Shown here piece after piece: positions 63,555-64,000 of a DNA stretch of 64,000 bases. The DNA lies in the NCBI GenBank assembly GCA_951406725.2, contig OX597816.1, positions 73,904,001-73,968,000 of the forward strand, in the 5' to 3' direction. A model generated the notes under the pieces. That model saw nothing but the letters and a program-made list of their open reading frames with translations. It did no database searches and was not told where the DNA came from. Positions within the stretch are counted from its first letter, which is position 1. Each line of letters begins with the position of its first letter. The translations under genes were made by a program, and so were the position numbers. This DNA comes from Octopus vulgaris (taxonomy: Eukaryota).

Positions 63555-63955
63555 CCTATTTCTTTACTACCCACAAGGGGCTAAACACAGAGGGGACAAA
63601 CATGGACAGACAAATGGATTAAGTCGATTACATTGACCCTAGTGCATAACTGGTACTTAATTTATGGACCCCAAAAGGATGAAAGGCAAAGTCGACCTCG
63701 GCGGAATTTGAACTCAGAATGTAACGGCAGACAAAATACCTATTTCTTTACTTCCCACAAGGGGCTAAACACAGAGAGAACAAACAAGGACAGACAAATG
63801 GATTAAGTCGATTATATCGACCCCAATGCGTAACTGGTACTTAATTTATCGACCCCGAAAGGATGAAAGACAATTTGAACTCAGAATGTAACAGCAGACG
63901 AAATACGGCTATGCATTTCGCCCAGCGTGCTAACGTTTCTACCAGCTTGCTGCCC
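63555..63955 (-). mobile_element. Two tandem SINE family B copies
   Basis: CCCACAAGGGGCTAAACACAGAG..GGATGAAAG present twice. Confidence 0.75.
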
Positions 63956-64000
63956 TATTTGAACTACCACTTCATTAAAGTAACACTTAAGTGACTAAGT

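Overview
Eukaryotic, AT-rich, repeat-dense non-genic (intergenic or intronic) DNA. The repeat content (tRNA-derived SINEs, RTE LINEs with (GAT)n tails, very dense microsatellites) fits an octopus/coleoid cephalopod genome; this is an inference. I recognise no host protein-coding gene, and nearly all short ORFs in the track are microsatellite or SINE artefacts. Recognisable elements: a young 5'-truncated RTE LINE whose open RT ORF carries an inserted PHD finger (14189-16406), about 20 short RTE 3' ends, a CR1-type LINE (35988-39060) that shares its 3' tail with the most common SINE, and remnants of BovB-like RTE, R4/Dong, Penelope GIY-YIG, DD37D and other mariner, hAT, piggyBac and Helitron elements. 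The most interesting signal is a set of sequence-unrelated minimal type I hammerhead ribozyme motifs in short units inserted in (TA)n tracts, several of them inside inverted repeats. Three have intact cores. Two carry a swapped G3-C8 core (GUGAACA), and one of those lies just downstream of the Penelope endonuclease remnant. All folds and alignments were done by eye; repeat boundaries are approximate unless termini are quoted.
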